From: Isosphaeraceae bacterium
GTDB taxonomy: Bacteria > Planctomycetota > Planctomycetia > Isosphaerales > Isosphaeraceae
Direction: 5' to 3'
Assembly (NCBI GenBank): GCA_965201075.1
Contig: CBDAVP010000004.1
Coordinates: 62,001 to 126,000 of the forward strand
DNA length: 64,000 nt
Shown here: in pieces, positions 26,821 to 37,065 of the stretch
Layout: each line of letters opens with the position of its first letter
Position numbering within the stretch: the first letter of the stretch is position 1
Notes under the pieces: generated by a model
The model's input: the letters and a program-made list of their open reading frames with translations, nothing else
What the model was told of the DNA's origin: nothing
Databases searched by the model: none
Made by a program: the position numbers and the translations under genes

Positions 26821-28479
26821 ATGCCGAAGCCTCGTCCCCGGCGCACGTCCGCCCCCACCCAGCCGCACGATACCCGCCGCGTCAACCGGCCCACATCCGC
26901 CGAAGGACCTCAACGCCGCGCCCGCAAGGCCGCGCCCCGGCCCAAGCAGCCTCATATCGAGGGGGAAGAGCGTCTCCAGAAGATCCTGGCCCATGCCGGT
27001 ATCGCCTCCCGGCGTGCCTGCGAGGAGATCATCCTCCAGGGCCGCGTCACGGTCGATGGCAAGGTCATCCGCGAGCTGGGCATCCGGGTCGACCCCACCA
27101 AGGTTCCCATCGCCATTGACGGTCAGAAGATCCGCGAGGAGCGGCACGTCTACTACGCCGTCAACAAGCCCAAGGGCTACGTCTCCACCAATGACGACCC
27201 CTCCGGCCGTCCCCGGGTCGTCGACCTCCTGCCCGAAATCCCCCAGCGCGTCTACTCGGTCGGCCGCCTCGACGAGATGAGCGTCGGCTTGATGCTCCTG
27301 ACCAATGACGGCGAACTCGCCAACAAGCTCTCGCACCCGAAGTTTGGCGTTGAGAAGGTCTACCGGGCCGTTGTCGCCGGCCTGCCCACGCCCGAGGTAC
27401 TGGACCAGGTCGTCGAGGGCGTGTGGCTCGCCGAGGGCAAGGTGCGTGCCCGCCACATCAAGATCGTCGCCCGCAAGGGTGACTCCACCGTTCTCGACAT
27501 GGTGCTGGCCGAGGGGAAGAACCGCGAGGTCCGCCGGATGCTCGCCAAGCTCGGCCACAAGGTCATGGCCCTGACCCGCGTCGCCATCGGACCCATCAGT
27601 CTCAAAGGGCTGAACCCCGGCACCTGGCGGCCCCTGCGGTCCGACGAAGTGGACCTTCTCCGACGAGTCGCCGCCGGTCAGACCGCGGGAATCCCCCGCT
27701 TCGGCGAGCGTAAGGGTTCCTACCAGCGTCCCCGGGTCAACTCCGACAATTCTGTCCGTCCCCAGGGACGACCGCAAGGTTCTGGTGGCCGTTCCCGGCC
27801 CGGTATCGTCCCCCCCCGCCCCGCCGACGCCCGAGGCCCTCTCTCGCAGGGCGGTCCGCGTCGCCTCAGCACCCCGCCGGCCGCATCCGGTCCCCCAGCG
27901 TCAACCGAGCGTCGCGTCGGAGGCGCCAGCCGTCCCCCGTCGCCGCAATCCCAGGGTCCTCCGCGACGACCCGGCGGCCCAACCCGGCCTGGTCAGGACC
28001 GTCCCAGCCGCCCCGGAGTCGGCCGACCGCCTTCCCCCGCCGCCAACCGTCGCCAACCCCCCAATCGTGAGCCCGCCCGCCGCATCATCGGGCTGGACAC
28101 GCTGGGCCAACCTGGAGAGAAACTCCGACTCCCCACGGGCCCACCCCCCAGCCAGCGACAATCGACCAACCGTCGACCCGCCGGTCCCCCGCCGCGTCCC
28201 GAGGGCAGCGGAGAACGACGCCCTCCTCGGCAGGAATCCGCGGGGGAGCGCCGTCCCCCCCGTCCGCAACCCCAGGGCGACCGCCGACCCACTCGACCCG
28301 AACCGCCAGTCCGGGCCCCTGCCCCACCGGTCGTCGAGTCTACCGCCGAAGCCGGGTTGCCGACCAGCCCCCGCCTCCACCGGCCCGCACCCAGGGCCCG
28401 ACCTGCGGGACGGTCTCGCCCCAAAACCTCGGCGAAACCCCAACGCGGGAATTCCTCCACCGAAGAAGGGGCGGAGTGA
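26821..28479 (+). CDS. rluB: rRNA pseudouridine synthase (RluB/RsuA family) with long Pro/Arg-rich C-terminal tail
   Basis: ERLQKILAHAGIASRR (S4), NKPKGYVST, VGRLD, LLTNDG, EGKNREVRRM. Confidence 0.9.
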   Translation: MPKPRPRRTSAPTQPHDTRRVNRPTSAEGPQRRARKAAPRPKQPHIEGEERLQKILAHAGIASRRACEEIILQGRVTVDGKVIRELGIRVDPTKVPIAIDGQKIREERHVYYAVNKPKGYVSTNDDPSGRPRVVDLLPEIPQRVYSVGRLDEMSVGLMLLTNDGELANKLSHPKFGVEKVYRAVVAGLPTPEVLDQVVEGVWLAEGKVRARHIKIVARKGDSTVLDMVLAEGKNREVRRMLAKLGHKVMALTRVAIGPISLKGLNPGTWRPLRSDEVDLLRRVAAGQTAGIPRFGERKGSYQRPRVNSDNSVRPQGRPQGSGGRSRPGIVPPRPADARGPLSQGGPRRLSTPPAASGPPASTERRVGGASRPPSPQSQGPPRRPGGPTRPGQDRPSRPGVGRPPSPAANRRQPPNREPARRIIGLDTLGQPGEKLRLPTGPPPSQRQSTNRRPAGPPPRPEGSGERRPPRQESAGERRPPRPQPQGDRRPTRPEPPVRAPAPPVVESTAEAGLPTSPRLHRPAPRARPAGRSRPKTSAKPQRGNSSTEEGAE

Positions 28480-28497
28480 CGATCAGGGGAGGTTGCC

Positions 28498-29418
28498 ATG
28501 ACCAATTCGGAGCGTGCCAACGCCATCATCCAATCCAAAAGGTGGCAGACCGCGGCTCTCAAAGGTATTGAAGATTCCACCCGGAGCCGTCCCTTTCCGC
28601 TTCGGATCGGGAGCTCGCTCGGGCGAATCCTCTTACGACCTTCATGGTTGAGTCGCTTCCTCTGGCGTCAACGCAAATCGGCTCCTCGTGCGGCCCAACT
28701 GGTCTTCGCCGAGGCATTCGCGCTCGCCCACGCCGAAGGCTTAACCCTGAGCCAGGCACTGGAGCTGGCCATCCGCGTCACACCGGGGAAGCACTTTCGC
28801 CGAATTCTGGGTGCGATGCGACAGAGGGCCCTGGACGGGGAATCCCTCGCCGGGAGCCTCGACAATCTGCCTCTCCGCGTTCACCCCGGGCTCCGGGCGG
28901 CACTGACCATCGGGGAGAATGAAGGCGGACTCGTCGAGGAACTTCTTGCCTTTGCCCGGAGAGGCGAATCCCAGCCCGGTCGGCGGTTCCGGCGGGTGAT
29001 TGGACGGGACGAATGCGCTTCCACCTTCGCCGCGGCCCTCGCCCGCCGCTTGAAGGAAGGACCGCTAACCGTTCAGGCCGTATGTTCGGCCGGGCAGGTC
29101 GCCTCGGCTGGTCGTCGGCGACCCGCCAAGGTCATGGCTCGATTGGTCGACGATCTCGAATCGGGCCATTCGCTCGCCGACGCCTTGGCCCGCCCCTCCT
29201 GGAGATGGAACCGCTGGGGTCTCCCGGTCTTCCGCGCGACCTTCGACCCCCTTTTCCTTGCGTTCGTCGAGGCCGCCCAATCCCGAGAGGAACTGAGAAA
29301 CTGCCTCGCTCGGCTAAGCGACTGCCCCGAGTCGCCAAGGGCAGCCCCCCGCCGTCTCGAATCCCACTTCCGATCCGATCCGACCGTCCGCCCCCCTCTC
29401 TTCGGAATGACCTCGTGA
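28498..29418 (+). CDS. Type II secretion system F-domain-like protein
   Basis: Two repeats of GLTLSQAL..GESLAGSL / SGHSLADAL..FDPLF and IGENEGGL, like GspF/PilC cytoplasmic domains. Confidence 0.55.
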   Translation: MTNSERANAIIQSKRWQTAALKGIEDSTRSRPFPLRIGSSLGRILLRPSWLSRFLWRQRKSAPRAAQLVFAEAFALAHAEGLTLSQALELAIRVTPGKHFRRILGAMRQRALDGESLAGSLDNLPLRVHPGLRAALTIGENEGGLVEELLAFARRGESQPGRRFRRVIGRDECASTFAAALARRLKEGPLTVQAVCSAGQVASAGRRRPAKVMARLVDDLESGHSLADALARPSWRWNRWGLPVFRATFDPLFLAFVEAAQSREELRNCLARLSDCPESPRAAPRRLESHFRSDPTVRPPLFGMTS

Positions 29419-30284
29419 ACGATTCCCCCCCCAGCCTGGCCGCTCAGCGGACCGTCCGCATCCTCGAACATGTGCCGATCGCCCGGGACACCTTCCGCCT
29501 ACGTCTCGACGATCCCGAGATGGCCCGAGCCATCCGTCCCGGCCAGTTTCTGATGGTCCGCCCCTCGGCTCCCGGCGGCTCCGACCCGCTCCTCGGTCGA
29601 CCGTTCGCCCTCTACGATGTGGCCCGCGACTCCTCTGGCACTCCCGTCGCCCTGGATGTCGTTTACCTGATCCTCGGCCGGGGCACGGCGACGCTCGCCA
29701 CCAAAAAGGTCGGCGAGTTTCTGGAAATCTGGGGACCCCTGGGCAACGGCTTTGGCCCGCCTCCGGCCGGCGGAGATGCCATCTTCGTCGCCGGGGGGAT
29801 TGGCCAGACCCCGTTTCCCGCCCTCGGACGCTGGTGGCTCGGCCGCGCCCCTTACGGCCCGGAACCCGGCCTGCACCTACCGTTCGCCCGCTCGGCCACC
29901 CTTCTCCACGGCGCCCGCTCGGCCGACCGCATCGGCGGCCTCGATGACTTTCGAGACGCCGGGGTGGCCGTGGAACTGGCCACCGACGATGGCTCGATCG
30001 GACATCACGGTTTCGTGACCGACCTGCTGGCCGCCCGCCTCGACCGTGGGGAACGGCCCGCCAAGGTCGTCGGTTGCGGACCTCCGGGATTGCTCGCGAC
30101 CCTCGCCCGGATGGCCGAGCGTCATGGCCTCGACTGCGACCTGTCCCTGGAAAACCATATGGCCTGCGGCTTCGGCGCCTGCTTCAGTTGTGTCGCCCCG
30201 ATCCGCACCGCTGACGGCTCGACCGATCTGAAACGGGTGTGCGTCGAGGGTCCTGTCTTCCCCGCCGTCTCGGTGGTCCTCTGA
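29415..30284 (+). CDS. pyrK: Dihydroorotate dehydrogenase electron transfer subunit
   Basis: PGQFLM, RPFAL, GPLGNGF, VAGGIG, TDDGS.G..G.VTD, CGP, MACGFGACFSC, RVCVEGPVF; GTG start overlaps upstream stop. Confidence 0.92.
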   Translation: MNDSPPSLAAQRTVRILEHVPIARDTFRLRLDDPEMARAIRPGQFLMVRPSAPGGSDPLLGRPFALYDVARDSSGTPVALDVVYLILGRGTATLATKKVGEFLEIWGPLGNGFGPPPAGGDAIFVAGGIGQTPFPALGRWWLGRAPYGPEPGLHLPFARSATLLHGARSADRIGGLDDFRDAGVAVELATDDGSIGHHGFVTDLLAARLDRGERPAKVVGCGPPGLLATLARMAERHGLDCDLSLENHMACGFGACFSCVAPIRTADGSTDLKRVCVEGPVFPAVSVVL

Positions 30285-30314
30285 CGGCAACGGAAGGGTC
30301 TTCGGCACGACCAG

Positions 30315-31169
30315 TCAGGCCGGGTCCAGGCCCGTCGGGTTGATCGTGTCGATTTCGAATTGCTGGAGCAGGCTGCTGAATTGCTGTTCGGGGAACATCA
30401 GGTGCTCGATCGTGCCGGTGTGGACCAACCCCAGGGCGTGCCCCACCTCGTGGGCGAAGACGAACCGCGTCGACCCGTCCTCCACGAAGCAGGTCTGGCC
30501 CGAGGTGATGCCGATGATATGAGCCGCATGGGGATTCGTCTTGTCCGTCACGTCCCAGCAGCAGTAGACCCGGATGTTCTTGGGGGTGAAGAACGACGAG
30601 GGGGTCGCGTCGATCACGGGCCTGAGGGCAATGTCGATGTCCAGGGGGTTGCCGAGGTCTCGGGCCACCTTCACCGTGGCCAGGTCGCCGGTCCTGGTCA
30701 GTTGGAGGTTCGCCTGCTTCAGGAACGTTGCCTCGGTCCCTTGCATGAATGACACGGCCTCGGCCTGGGGGCGGGTGGTCGCCCGCTTGCGGTCTTCCAG
30801 GAAGAGCAGCGAGTAGGTCGCCTTGGCCAGCTCCTTGACACTGACCATCCAGGTCTGCTGAGGGCTGCCCGCCTCGTCGTCGAGGGTTAGCATCGTCATC
30901 CCCACGAGCTTGCCCATGATCGAGAACTGGAGCCGACTGCGTGGCGGGATCGCCACGCTGGTGAGGGTCGAGACCGAGGTTTGCGTGACCCCGTTGAGGA
31001 CAAAGTTCGCCAGCGAGGCGACCCGCGTGTTCTGGACGTTCAACTCGCAGGCCGATCCCTCCGTCACCACCATCAGGTCGCGACGGTCGCGCACCGGGAC
31101 CATCTGATATCTTGCTCGCGAGTCGAACCCGTTGAACCCCGGGCCGACCTTCTCGAAACGCATCGCCAT
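30315..31169 (-). CDS. Zinc metallopeptidase (metzincin-type) with uncharacterised N-terminal beta-rich domain
   Basis: HEVGHALGLVH (HExxHxxGxxH) followed by Met-turn LMFP; GGAG RBS. Confidence 0.75.
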   Translation of the reverse strand: MAMRFEKVGPGFNGFDSRARYQMVPVRDRRDLMVVTEGSACELNVQNTRVASLANFVLNGVTQTSVSTLTSVAIPPRSRLQFSIMGKLVGMTMLTLDDEAGSPQQTWMVSVKELAKATYSLLFLEDRKRATTRPQAEAVSFMQGTEATFLKQANLQLTRTGDLATVKVARDLGNPLDIDIALRPVIDATPSSFFTPKNIRVYCCWDVTDKTNPHAAHIIGITSGQTCFVEDGSTRFVFAHEVGHALGLVHTGTIEHLMFPEQQFSSLLQQFEIDTINPTGLDPA

Positions 31170-31198
31170 CGCGAATCTCCCCAAGCGGATCGGACAGG

Positions 31199-31561
31199 TT
31201 ATCTGGACCGCACGGGGTTCCGCGGCCGCCAGCACGAACGCGCCGACCCGGGAGTCGCCGGCGGGAAGAGCGAGTCGAGTCTCGTCAGGGTGTCCCGTCC
31301 CGCCACCCCGTCCTGGCCACTCGTCGGAAATCCCTGATCGACCTGGAATTGCCGGACCGCCCCGGTCGTCTCGTCTCCGTAGATCCCGTCCGGGCCCCCG
31401 CCCGGCGGGAACGAGATGGGCAGGGGAAACCCCAGGTCGAAGAGCGCCTCCTGGAGGCTCATCACCGCGTCCCCGGTCTCCCCGGCTCGAAGCGGCGGGT
31501 TGTTGGTCGAGGCCGCCTGGAGCCGGTCGCTGTCGGCGAATCGGGGCGAGGTCAGGGCCAC
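31199..31561 (-). CDS. Peptidoglycan-binding domain protein
   Basis: LRAGETGDAVMSLQEAL..DGIYGDETTGAVRQFQ..DGVAGRDTL; GAGGAGG RBS before GTG. Confidence 0.85.
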   Translation of the reverse strand: MALTSPRFADSDRLQAASTNNPPLRAGETGDAVMSLQEALFDLGFPLPISFPPGGGPDGIYGDETTGAVRQFQVDQGFPTSGQDGVAGRDTLTRLDSLFPPATPGSARSCWRPRNPVRSR

Positions 31562-31795
31562 GGGCAAATCCTCCTCACGGATGGGGGCGCATCGGTTCTA
31601 TCATTCCAGATACCCGGCAAGCCCCCCGGCTGGGACATCGCCCGTGGGGATTTTCCGACTCCCGGCTCATGACCCCTCACAGTCCGAGGGTCTGGCCCGG
31701 GACTTGCGAACTTTCGTAAACTGGGTCGTCTCGCCGCGGGCCGCCCCCGTCGGCGCACACGGGCCGACCGACCGGCCCCAGGGAACCCCCCCGCG

Positions 31796-32875
31796 ATGAA
31801 GGTCGAGACCGAACCGGCCACTTCAGCGTCCCCGGTCCGCCGCCATCGCTCGGACCGGCTCATCGAGGCTCTCGCACCGTTCTCCAGCGTGGTGCTGGTC
31901 TCTCATGTCAACCCTGACCCCGATGCGTTGGCGAGTATGCTCGGGTTGGAGGCGATTTTCCGCCACCGAGACCCGGCCCGGCCCGTCACCCTCACGGTCG
32001 ACGGCATTGTCGCCCGCGCCGAGAATCAGGTGATGGTCGATGTCCTTCAAATCCCCCTGGTTCCCATCGACCTCGCGCCGATCCACCCCGGAGCGGCGGT
32101 GGTCATGGTTGACTCGCAACCCCGCACCGGCCGGCACTCGCCTCGGGTGAGCTCTCCTCAGGCGGTCCTGGACCACCATGAGACTGGCGGTACTCTCGAC
32201 GGCGTCCTCTTCCGGGACATCCGTCCCAACCTCGGCGCGACCAGTACGATGGTCTCCGGCTACCTGCTGGAACAGGAGCTCGCCATCTCCCCGAGGCTGG
32301 CCACGGCCCTGCTTTACGGCATTGAGACCGAGATCGCCGGCTTTCCCCGAGAGGCGACCCCCGCCGACGACGGTGCCCTGGCCTGGTTGTTTCCCCGCGC
32401 TGATAAAGACCTGCTCGCTCACATCCGCAACCCCAAGCTCCCCCAGAGTTATTTCGCCACCTACCAGCACGCCCTGTCCAATGCCTTCTTGTATCAAAAT
32501 CTCGCCATCGCCTGGTGTGGAGAGGTCGCCCAGCCCGACCTGGTTTCGGAGATCGCCGACTTCTTCGTCCGCTCGGACCTCGTCACCTGGGCCTTCTCCG
32601 CCGGACGGTTCGAGGACATGCTCCGCCTGTCCCTTCGCGGCAGCCGACTCGACGACCATTGCGGAGAGGTTCTGCGAGAGGTCGTCCACGGCCTGGGAAG
32701 CGCCGGGGGCCATGACAAGCGAGCCGGCGGCGCCATCCCCCTTCCCTCCGGCGGAACCCGGGCTGTCGACGAGATCTTGCGAACCCTCCGCGGCCGGCTC
32801 CTCGAACGCCTCGGCCTGCCCGAGTCGCAGGGCCGCCGGCTCCTGTCCCCCTGCCCCACGATCGAGGCCCCGTGA
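31796..32875 (+). CDS. DHH-family phosphoesterase (NrnA-like)
   Basis: SHVNPDPDALAS, VMVD, VLDHH, GATST, AGGH..AGG. Confidence 0.88.
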   Translation: MKVETEPATSASPVRRHRSDRLIEALAPFSSVVLVSHVNPDPDALASMLGLEAIFRHRDPARPVTLTVDGIVARAENQVMVDVLQIPLVPIDLAPIHPGAAVVMVDSQPRTGRHSPRVSSPQAVLDHHETGGTLDGVLFRDIRPNLGATSTMVSGYLLEQELAISPRLATALLYGIETEIAGFPREATPADDGALAWLFPRADKDLLAHIRNPKLPQSYFATYQHALSNAFLYQNLAIAWCGEVAQPDLVSEIADFFVRSDLVTWAFSAGRFEDMLRLSLRGSRLDDHCGEVLREVVHGLGSAGGHDKRAGGAIPLPSGGTRAVDEILRTLRGRLLERLGLPESQGRRLLSPCPTIEAP

Positions 32876-33068
32876 CCTCCCGATCGGCCTACCGTACCCT
32901 TTCGAGAGTCCGACAAACCTCAAGCTCAAGCCCCCCGGTCCCCGACGGCACCCGTCGGCCCGCGGGTGCCCGCCAATCCCCCTTGCTCCCCCTTCGCCGC
33001 CGATCCTAAACTGGTCGGACCGCTCGAAGGTTTGATCGCCCAACACCTCCACGGGAGTCCGCCCCCAG

Positions 33069-33806
33069 ATGCCGACGACTCCCGACCCTCCCCCCCTGGA
33101 AATCTATCTCCTGGGGATGATCGACTTCGACGAAGCCCAGCGCTTGCAACGGCGATTAGTTTACGATCTGGGGGAGACCGGCGGCGCCGCTTTGATCCTC
33201 TGCGAGCATCCGCCCACTCTCAGCGTCGGCCGGCTGGGCAGCCGTGCCCACATCCGCCCCGATGACGACGACCTGAAGGCCATGGGCATCCGCACCCACT
33301 GGGTCAACCGGGGTGGCGGCTGCTTGCTCCACCTGCCTGGCCAGCTCAACGCCTACGTCCTGATGCCTTTGCAACAGGTCGGGCTCGACGTTCGCGCCTA
33401 CCTCGACGGACTCCATCAAGCGATCATCGCCGTCCTGGCCGAGTTCGACCTTCAAGGCGCAACCCACCCCCAAGCTCCGGGCATCTTCCTGGGCCACGGA
33501 CGGGTCGCCTCGGTGGGCATCGCCGTCAGCCGCTGGATCGCCTACCACGGCCTGACCCTCAATGTCGGCCCCTACCTCGAACCGTTCGGCATCTTGGACG
33601 AGCCCGGCCCCGACGCCTACACCATTCACCAGACGTCGATGGAGTCTCGCCGACAGCGGCGGGCTCCCATGTCCCAGGTCCGCGAGTCGCTGATCCGCCA
33701 ACTGGAAGCGACTTTCGGGCTGCGGAGCCACCACCTGTTCACCCAGCATCCCCTGATCCGCCGGAAGGCCCGCCAAAATGCCTACGCCCACCAGAGCCTC
33801 GGCTGA
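33069..33806 (+). CDS. lipB: Lipoyl(octanoyl) transferase
   Basis: LCEHPP, NRGG..HLPGQL, ASVGI, HGLTLNV; adjacent to lipA. Confidence 0.85.
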   Translation: MPTTPDPPPLEIYLLGMIDFDEAQRLQRRLVYDLGETGGAALILCEHPPTLSVGRLGSRAHIRPDDDDLKAMGIRTHWVNRGGGCLLHLPGQLNAYVLMPLQQVGLDVRAYLDGLHQAIIAVLAEFDLQGATHPQAPGIFLGHGRVASVGIAVSRWIAYHGLTLNVGPYLEPFGILDEPGPDAYTIHQTSMESRRQRRAPMSQVRESLIRQLEATFGLRSHHLFTQHPLIRRKARQNAYAHQSLG

Positions 33807-34719
33807 CCTCCTGCCGATCGTCACCCCCGACCTCAACCTCGATCCCCCCGCCCCCGATCCCTCGGCCTCTCCTCACCGCCGCCTTCCCTCCTGGCTCAAG
33901 CGTCCGATCCCCGAATCCGGCGGGATGTACGCGACCCGCGCGCTCGTTGATGAGCTGAAACTCGAAACGATCTGCGAGAGCGGCAAGTGTCCCAACCGCT
34001 CCGAATGCTGGACCCGCAAGACCGCCACGTTCATGGTTCTGGGCGAGGTTTGCACGCGCCCTTGCGGCTTTTGCGCTGTCCCGCGAGGCAAGCCGGAGGC
34101 CGTTGCCCTGGATGAGCCCGAGCGCCTCGCCGAAGCCTGCGCCCGACTGGGCCTCAAGCACGTGGTCATCACCTCCGTCACCCGCGACGACCTGCCCGAC
34201 GGCGGCGCCGACCATTTCCGTCGCTGCATCTTGGCTGTCCGTGAGCGCACGGGCGCCGTGGTCGAGGTGCTGACGCCTGACTTCGACGGTGACCTTTCGG
34301 CCATCGACACGGTGCTGTCCGCCTCTCCCGAAGTGTTCAACCACAACCTGGAAACGGTGGCCCGCCTCCAGCGACACGTCCGCCGCAAAAGCCAGTACGC
34401 CGTCAGTCTCCGGGTTCTGGAGCACGCCAAGAAGGCTCGTCCCGACCTGCGGACCAAGAGTGGCTTGATGCTCGGCCTGGGCGAGACCACCGAGGAGATC
34501 GTGGAGACCCTGGCCGACCTCCGGGCCGTCGGCTGCGACCTGTTGACCCTGGGTCAGTACCTCCGACCCAGCCTCAAGCATTTGCCCGTTGAGCGTTACC
34601 TCCCACCCGCCGAGTTCGACGAACTGGGCGAACTGGCCCGTCGCCTCGGCTTCCGCCAGGTCGCCAGCGGCCCCTTCGTTCGCTCCAGTTACCATGCCGA
34701 CGAACTGGCCCGAGCCTGA
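33778..34719 (+). CDS. lipA: Lipoyl synthase
   Basis: CESGKCPNRSEC and CTRPCGFC motifs, TSVTRDDL.DGGA, NHNLETV, GPFVRSSY. Confidence 0.96.
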   Translation: MPTPTRASADLLPIVTPDLNLDPPAPDPSASPHRRLPSWLKRPIPESGGMYATRALVDELKLETICESGKCPNRSECWTRKTATFMVLGEVCTRPCGFCAVPRGKPEAVALDEPERLAEACARLGLKHVVITSVTRDDLPDGGADHFRRCILAVRERTGAVVEVLTPDFDGDLSAIDTVLSASPEVFNHNLETVARLQRHVRRKSQYAVSLRVLEHAKKARPDLRTKSGLMLGLGETTEEIVETLADLRAVGCDLLTLGQYLRPSLKHLPVERYLPPAEFDELGELARRLGFRQVASGPFVRSSYHADELARA

Positions 34720-34734
34720 ACCGGAAGACCCCTC

Positions 34735-35454
34735 ATGGCCACGGCCACCGAATCCGCACTGCCGGCGACCGCCCCGGCCAATCAAGGGGACGCCGCGGGG
34801 ACACGGTTGATTCTGCGAGGTATCCCCTGGGACCTCTACGTCCAGCTTTGCGACGCCGACGAGCATCGCAAGGTGAAGATGGCCTATCTCGATGGGACCC
34901 TGGAACTCATGGCGCCAGAATACGTCCACGACAGCATCTCGCGACGCCTGGGCTTGTTTGTGAACGTGGTCGGTGAGGTTCTGGACATCCCTTGCCAGGG
35001 GGCGGGGTCCACCACATTTCGTCGGACGTTCGAGGAACAGGGTCTCCGACAAAGCGCGGGGAAGGAGGCGGACCAGGCCGTTTACTTTGCCAACGAGCCG
35101 GCGATTCGAGGGCGTCGCCAACTCGACCTGGAGATCGATCCGCCTCCCGACCTCGCCATTGAGGTCGACAACGCCAGCCGCTCCGACCGGGCCTTGCCCA
35201 TTTACGCCCGGATCGGTGTGCCGGAACTATGGATCTTCGACGTCGAGACGTTCACGTTGCGGTTCCTCGCCCTCCAGCCCGATGGCACTTATGCGGCGAT
35301 CGAACAAAGCTTCAACCTGCCCATGCTAACCCCAGCGCGGGTCTTGCAAGGACTGGCTCCGGCCGAGGGACTTCCGGAAACCCGCTGGACCCGCCAACTC
35401 CGGGCCTGGGTCGCGGCCGGTTTCCCCAACGAGACGTTTGGCCCCAATCCTTGA
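34735..35454 (+). CDS. Uma2-family endonuclease
   Basis: YLDGTLELMAP..HD, GSTT, EAD, PPPDLAIEVD, YARIGVPELW. Confidence 0.9.
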   Translation: MATATESALPATAPANQGDAAGTRLILRGIPWDLYVQLCDADEHRKVKMAYLDGTLELMAPEYVHDSISRRLGLFVNVVGEVLDIPCQGAGSTTFRRTFEEQGLRQSAGKEADQAVYFANEPAIRGRRQLDLEIDPPPDLAIEVDNASRSDRALPIYARIGVPELWIFDVETFTLRFLALQPDGTYAAIEQSFNLPMLTPARVLQGLAPAEGLPETRWTRQLRAWVAAGFPNETFGPNP

Positions 35455-35652
35455 GAGCAGCGGACCGATTGGGGTCAAGGAACGTCGCGCGGTCACCACC
35501 CAACGCCTGGACAATTTGTTCCCGTCAAGGCTGAACCTTCGCGGCCCGCCTTCGCTCCTGGGGGATGGAACCGCGGGGAGGTTCGCCTACAATGGGTGAC
35601 CCGCGGGTTGCCCGCTCTCGCCGCCTGGGGTCGATGGAGAAAGGTGCCGGTC

Positions 35653-37065
35653 ATGCCCGAGACGCTGTTCGCCAAGGTCTGGAATCGCCATGAGGTTGTC
35701 ACCCGGGACCAGGCTTCCCTCCTCTATATTGACCGCCACCTGATTCACGAGGTCACCAGCCCCCAGGCGTTCGATGGCCTCCGCCTCGCCGGCCGCAAGC
35801 CCCGGCGCCCCGACCTGACCTTCGCCACCCTGGACCACAACGTTCCCACCGAAAACCAATTCGACATCCGCGAGCCGATGTCCCGCCGCCAGGTCGAGGT
35901 TCTGCGCAACAACTGCAAGGAATTCGGCTTAACGCTTTACGACATGGGCAGTGGTCGCCAGGGAATTGTCCACGTCATCGGCCCTGAGCTGGGTCTGACC
36001 CTCCCCGGCACCACCATCGTCTGTGGAGACAGCCACACCAGCACCCACGGCGCCTTTGGGGCCCTGGCCTTTGGCATCGGCACCAGCGAGGTTGAGCACG
36101 TCCTGGCCACCCAGACCCTTTGGCAGAACACCAAACCGAAGGCCCTGGGCGTGGAGGTCGTCGGTCAGCTTCCTCCGGGATTGGAGCCCAAGGACATCAT
36201 CCTGGCGGTGATCCGCGCCATCGGCACTGGCGGGGGAACCGGCCATGTTCTGGAGTATTACGGCCCGGCCATCCGTGCCATGTCGATGGAAGGCCGTTTG
36301 ACCGTCTGCAACATGTCGATCGAGGCCGGCGCCCGCGCTGGGATGATCGGGCCCGACGACACGACCTTCCAGTACATCGCCGCGGGGCAACGGCCCTTCG
36401 CTCCCAGGGGCGCGGCGTTCGACGCGGCGGTCGCCGACTGGAAGACCCTGGCCACCGACGACCCCTCGGCCTTCGACCGCCACGTCACCCTGGACGCCTC
36501 GACCCTGGTTCCGCAAGTGACCTGGGGAACCAACCCGGCCATGACCATCGACGTCACCGGCCGCATCCCCGAGCCCGGTGATGTCCCCTTCGCCTCGAAG
36601 GAAGACGCTCGCCGAGCCCTGGAATACATGGGGCTGACCCCGGGGACGCCCGTCAGCGAGATTCCCGTCGACGTGGTGTTCATCGGGTCGTGCACCAATG
36701 GGCGGATCGAGGATCTGCGCACCGCCGCCAAGGTGTTGAAGGGTCGGAAGGTCGCCTCGACGGTCCGCGCCCTGGTGGTCCCTGGCAGTGAGGAAGTCCG
36801 CCACCAGGCGATCGCCGAGGGCCTGGACCTCGTCTTCTCGGAGGCTGGGGCCGAGTGGCGACAGGCGGGTTGCAGCATGTGCCTGGCGATGAACCCGGAC
36901 AAACTGACGCCCGGCCAGCGCTCGGCGAGCACGAGCAATCGCAACTTCGAGGGTCGTCAAGGGCCCGGCGGCCGGACCCACCTGGTCAGCCCGGCGATGG
37001 CCGCCGCCGCCGCCGTCGCCGGCCGCTTCACCGACGTCCGCCAACTCCTGGGGGCCTCCCACTGA
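35653..37065 (+). CDS. leuC: 3-isopropylmalate dehydratase large subunit
   Basis: [60 protein letters not shown]. Confidence 0.97.
   Translation: MPETLFAKVWNRHEVVTRDQASLLYIDRHLIHEVTSPQAFDGLRLAGRKPRRPDLTFATLDHNVPTENQFDIREPMSRRQVEVLRNNCKEFGLTLYDMGSGRQGIVHVIGPELGLTLPGTTIVCGDSHTSTHGAFGALAFGIGTSEVEHVLATQTLWQNTKPKALGVEVVGQLPPGLEPKDIILAVIRAIGTGGGTGHVLEYYGPAIRAMSMEGRLTVCNMSIEAGARAGMIGPDDTTFQYIAAGQRPFAPRGAAFDAAVADWKTLATDDPSAFDRHVTLDASTLVPQVTWGTNPAMTIDVTGRIPEPGDVPFASKEDARRALEYMGLTPGTPVSEIPVDVVFIGSCTNGRIEDLRTAAKVLKGRKVASTVRALVVPGSEEVRHQAIAEGLDLVFSEAGAEWRQAGCSMCLAMNPDKLTPGQRSASTSNRNFEGRQGPGGRTHLVSPAMAAAAAVAGRFTDVRQLLGASH

Noticed and set aside
34735..35454. Uma2 nuclease after lipA as a defence system
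   Set aside because: Uma2 genes are abundant and scattered in planctomycetes; no partner genes here
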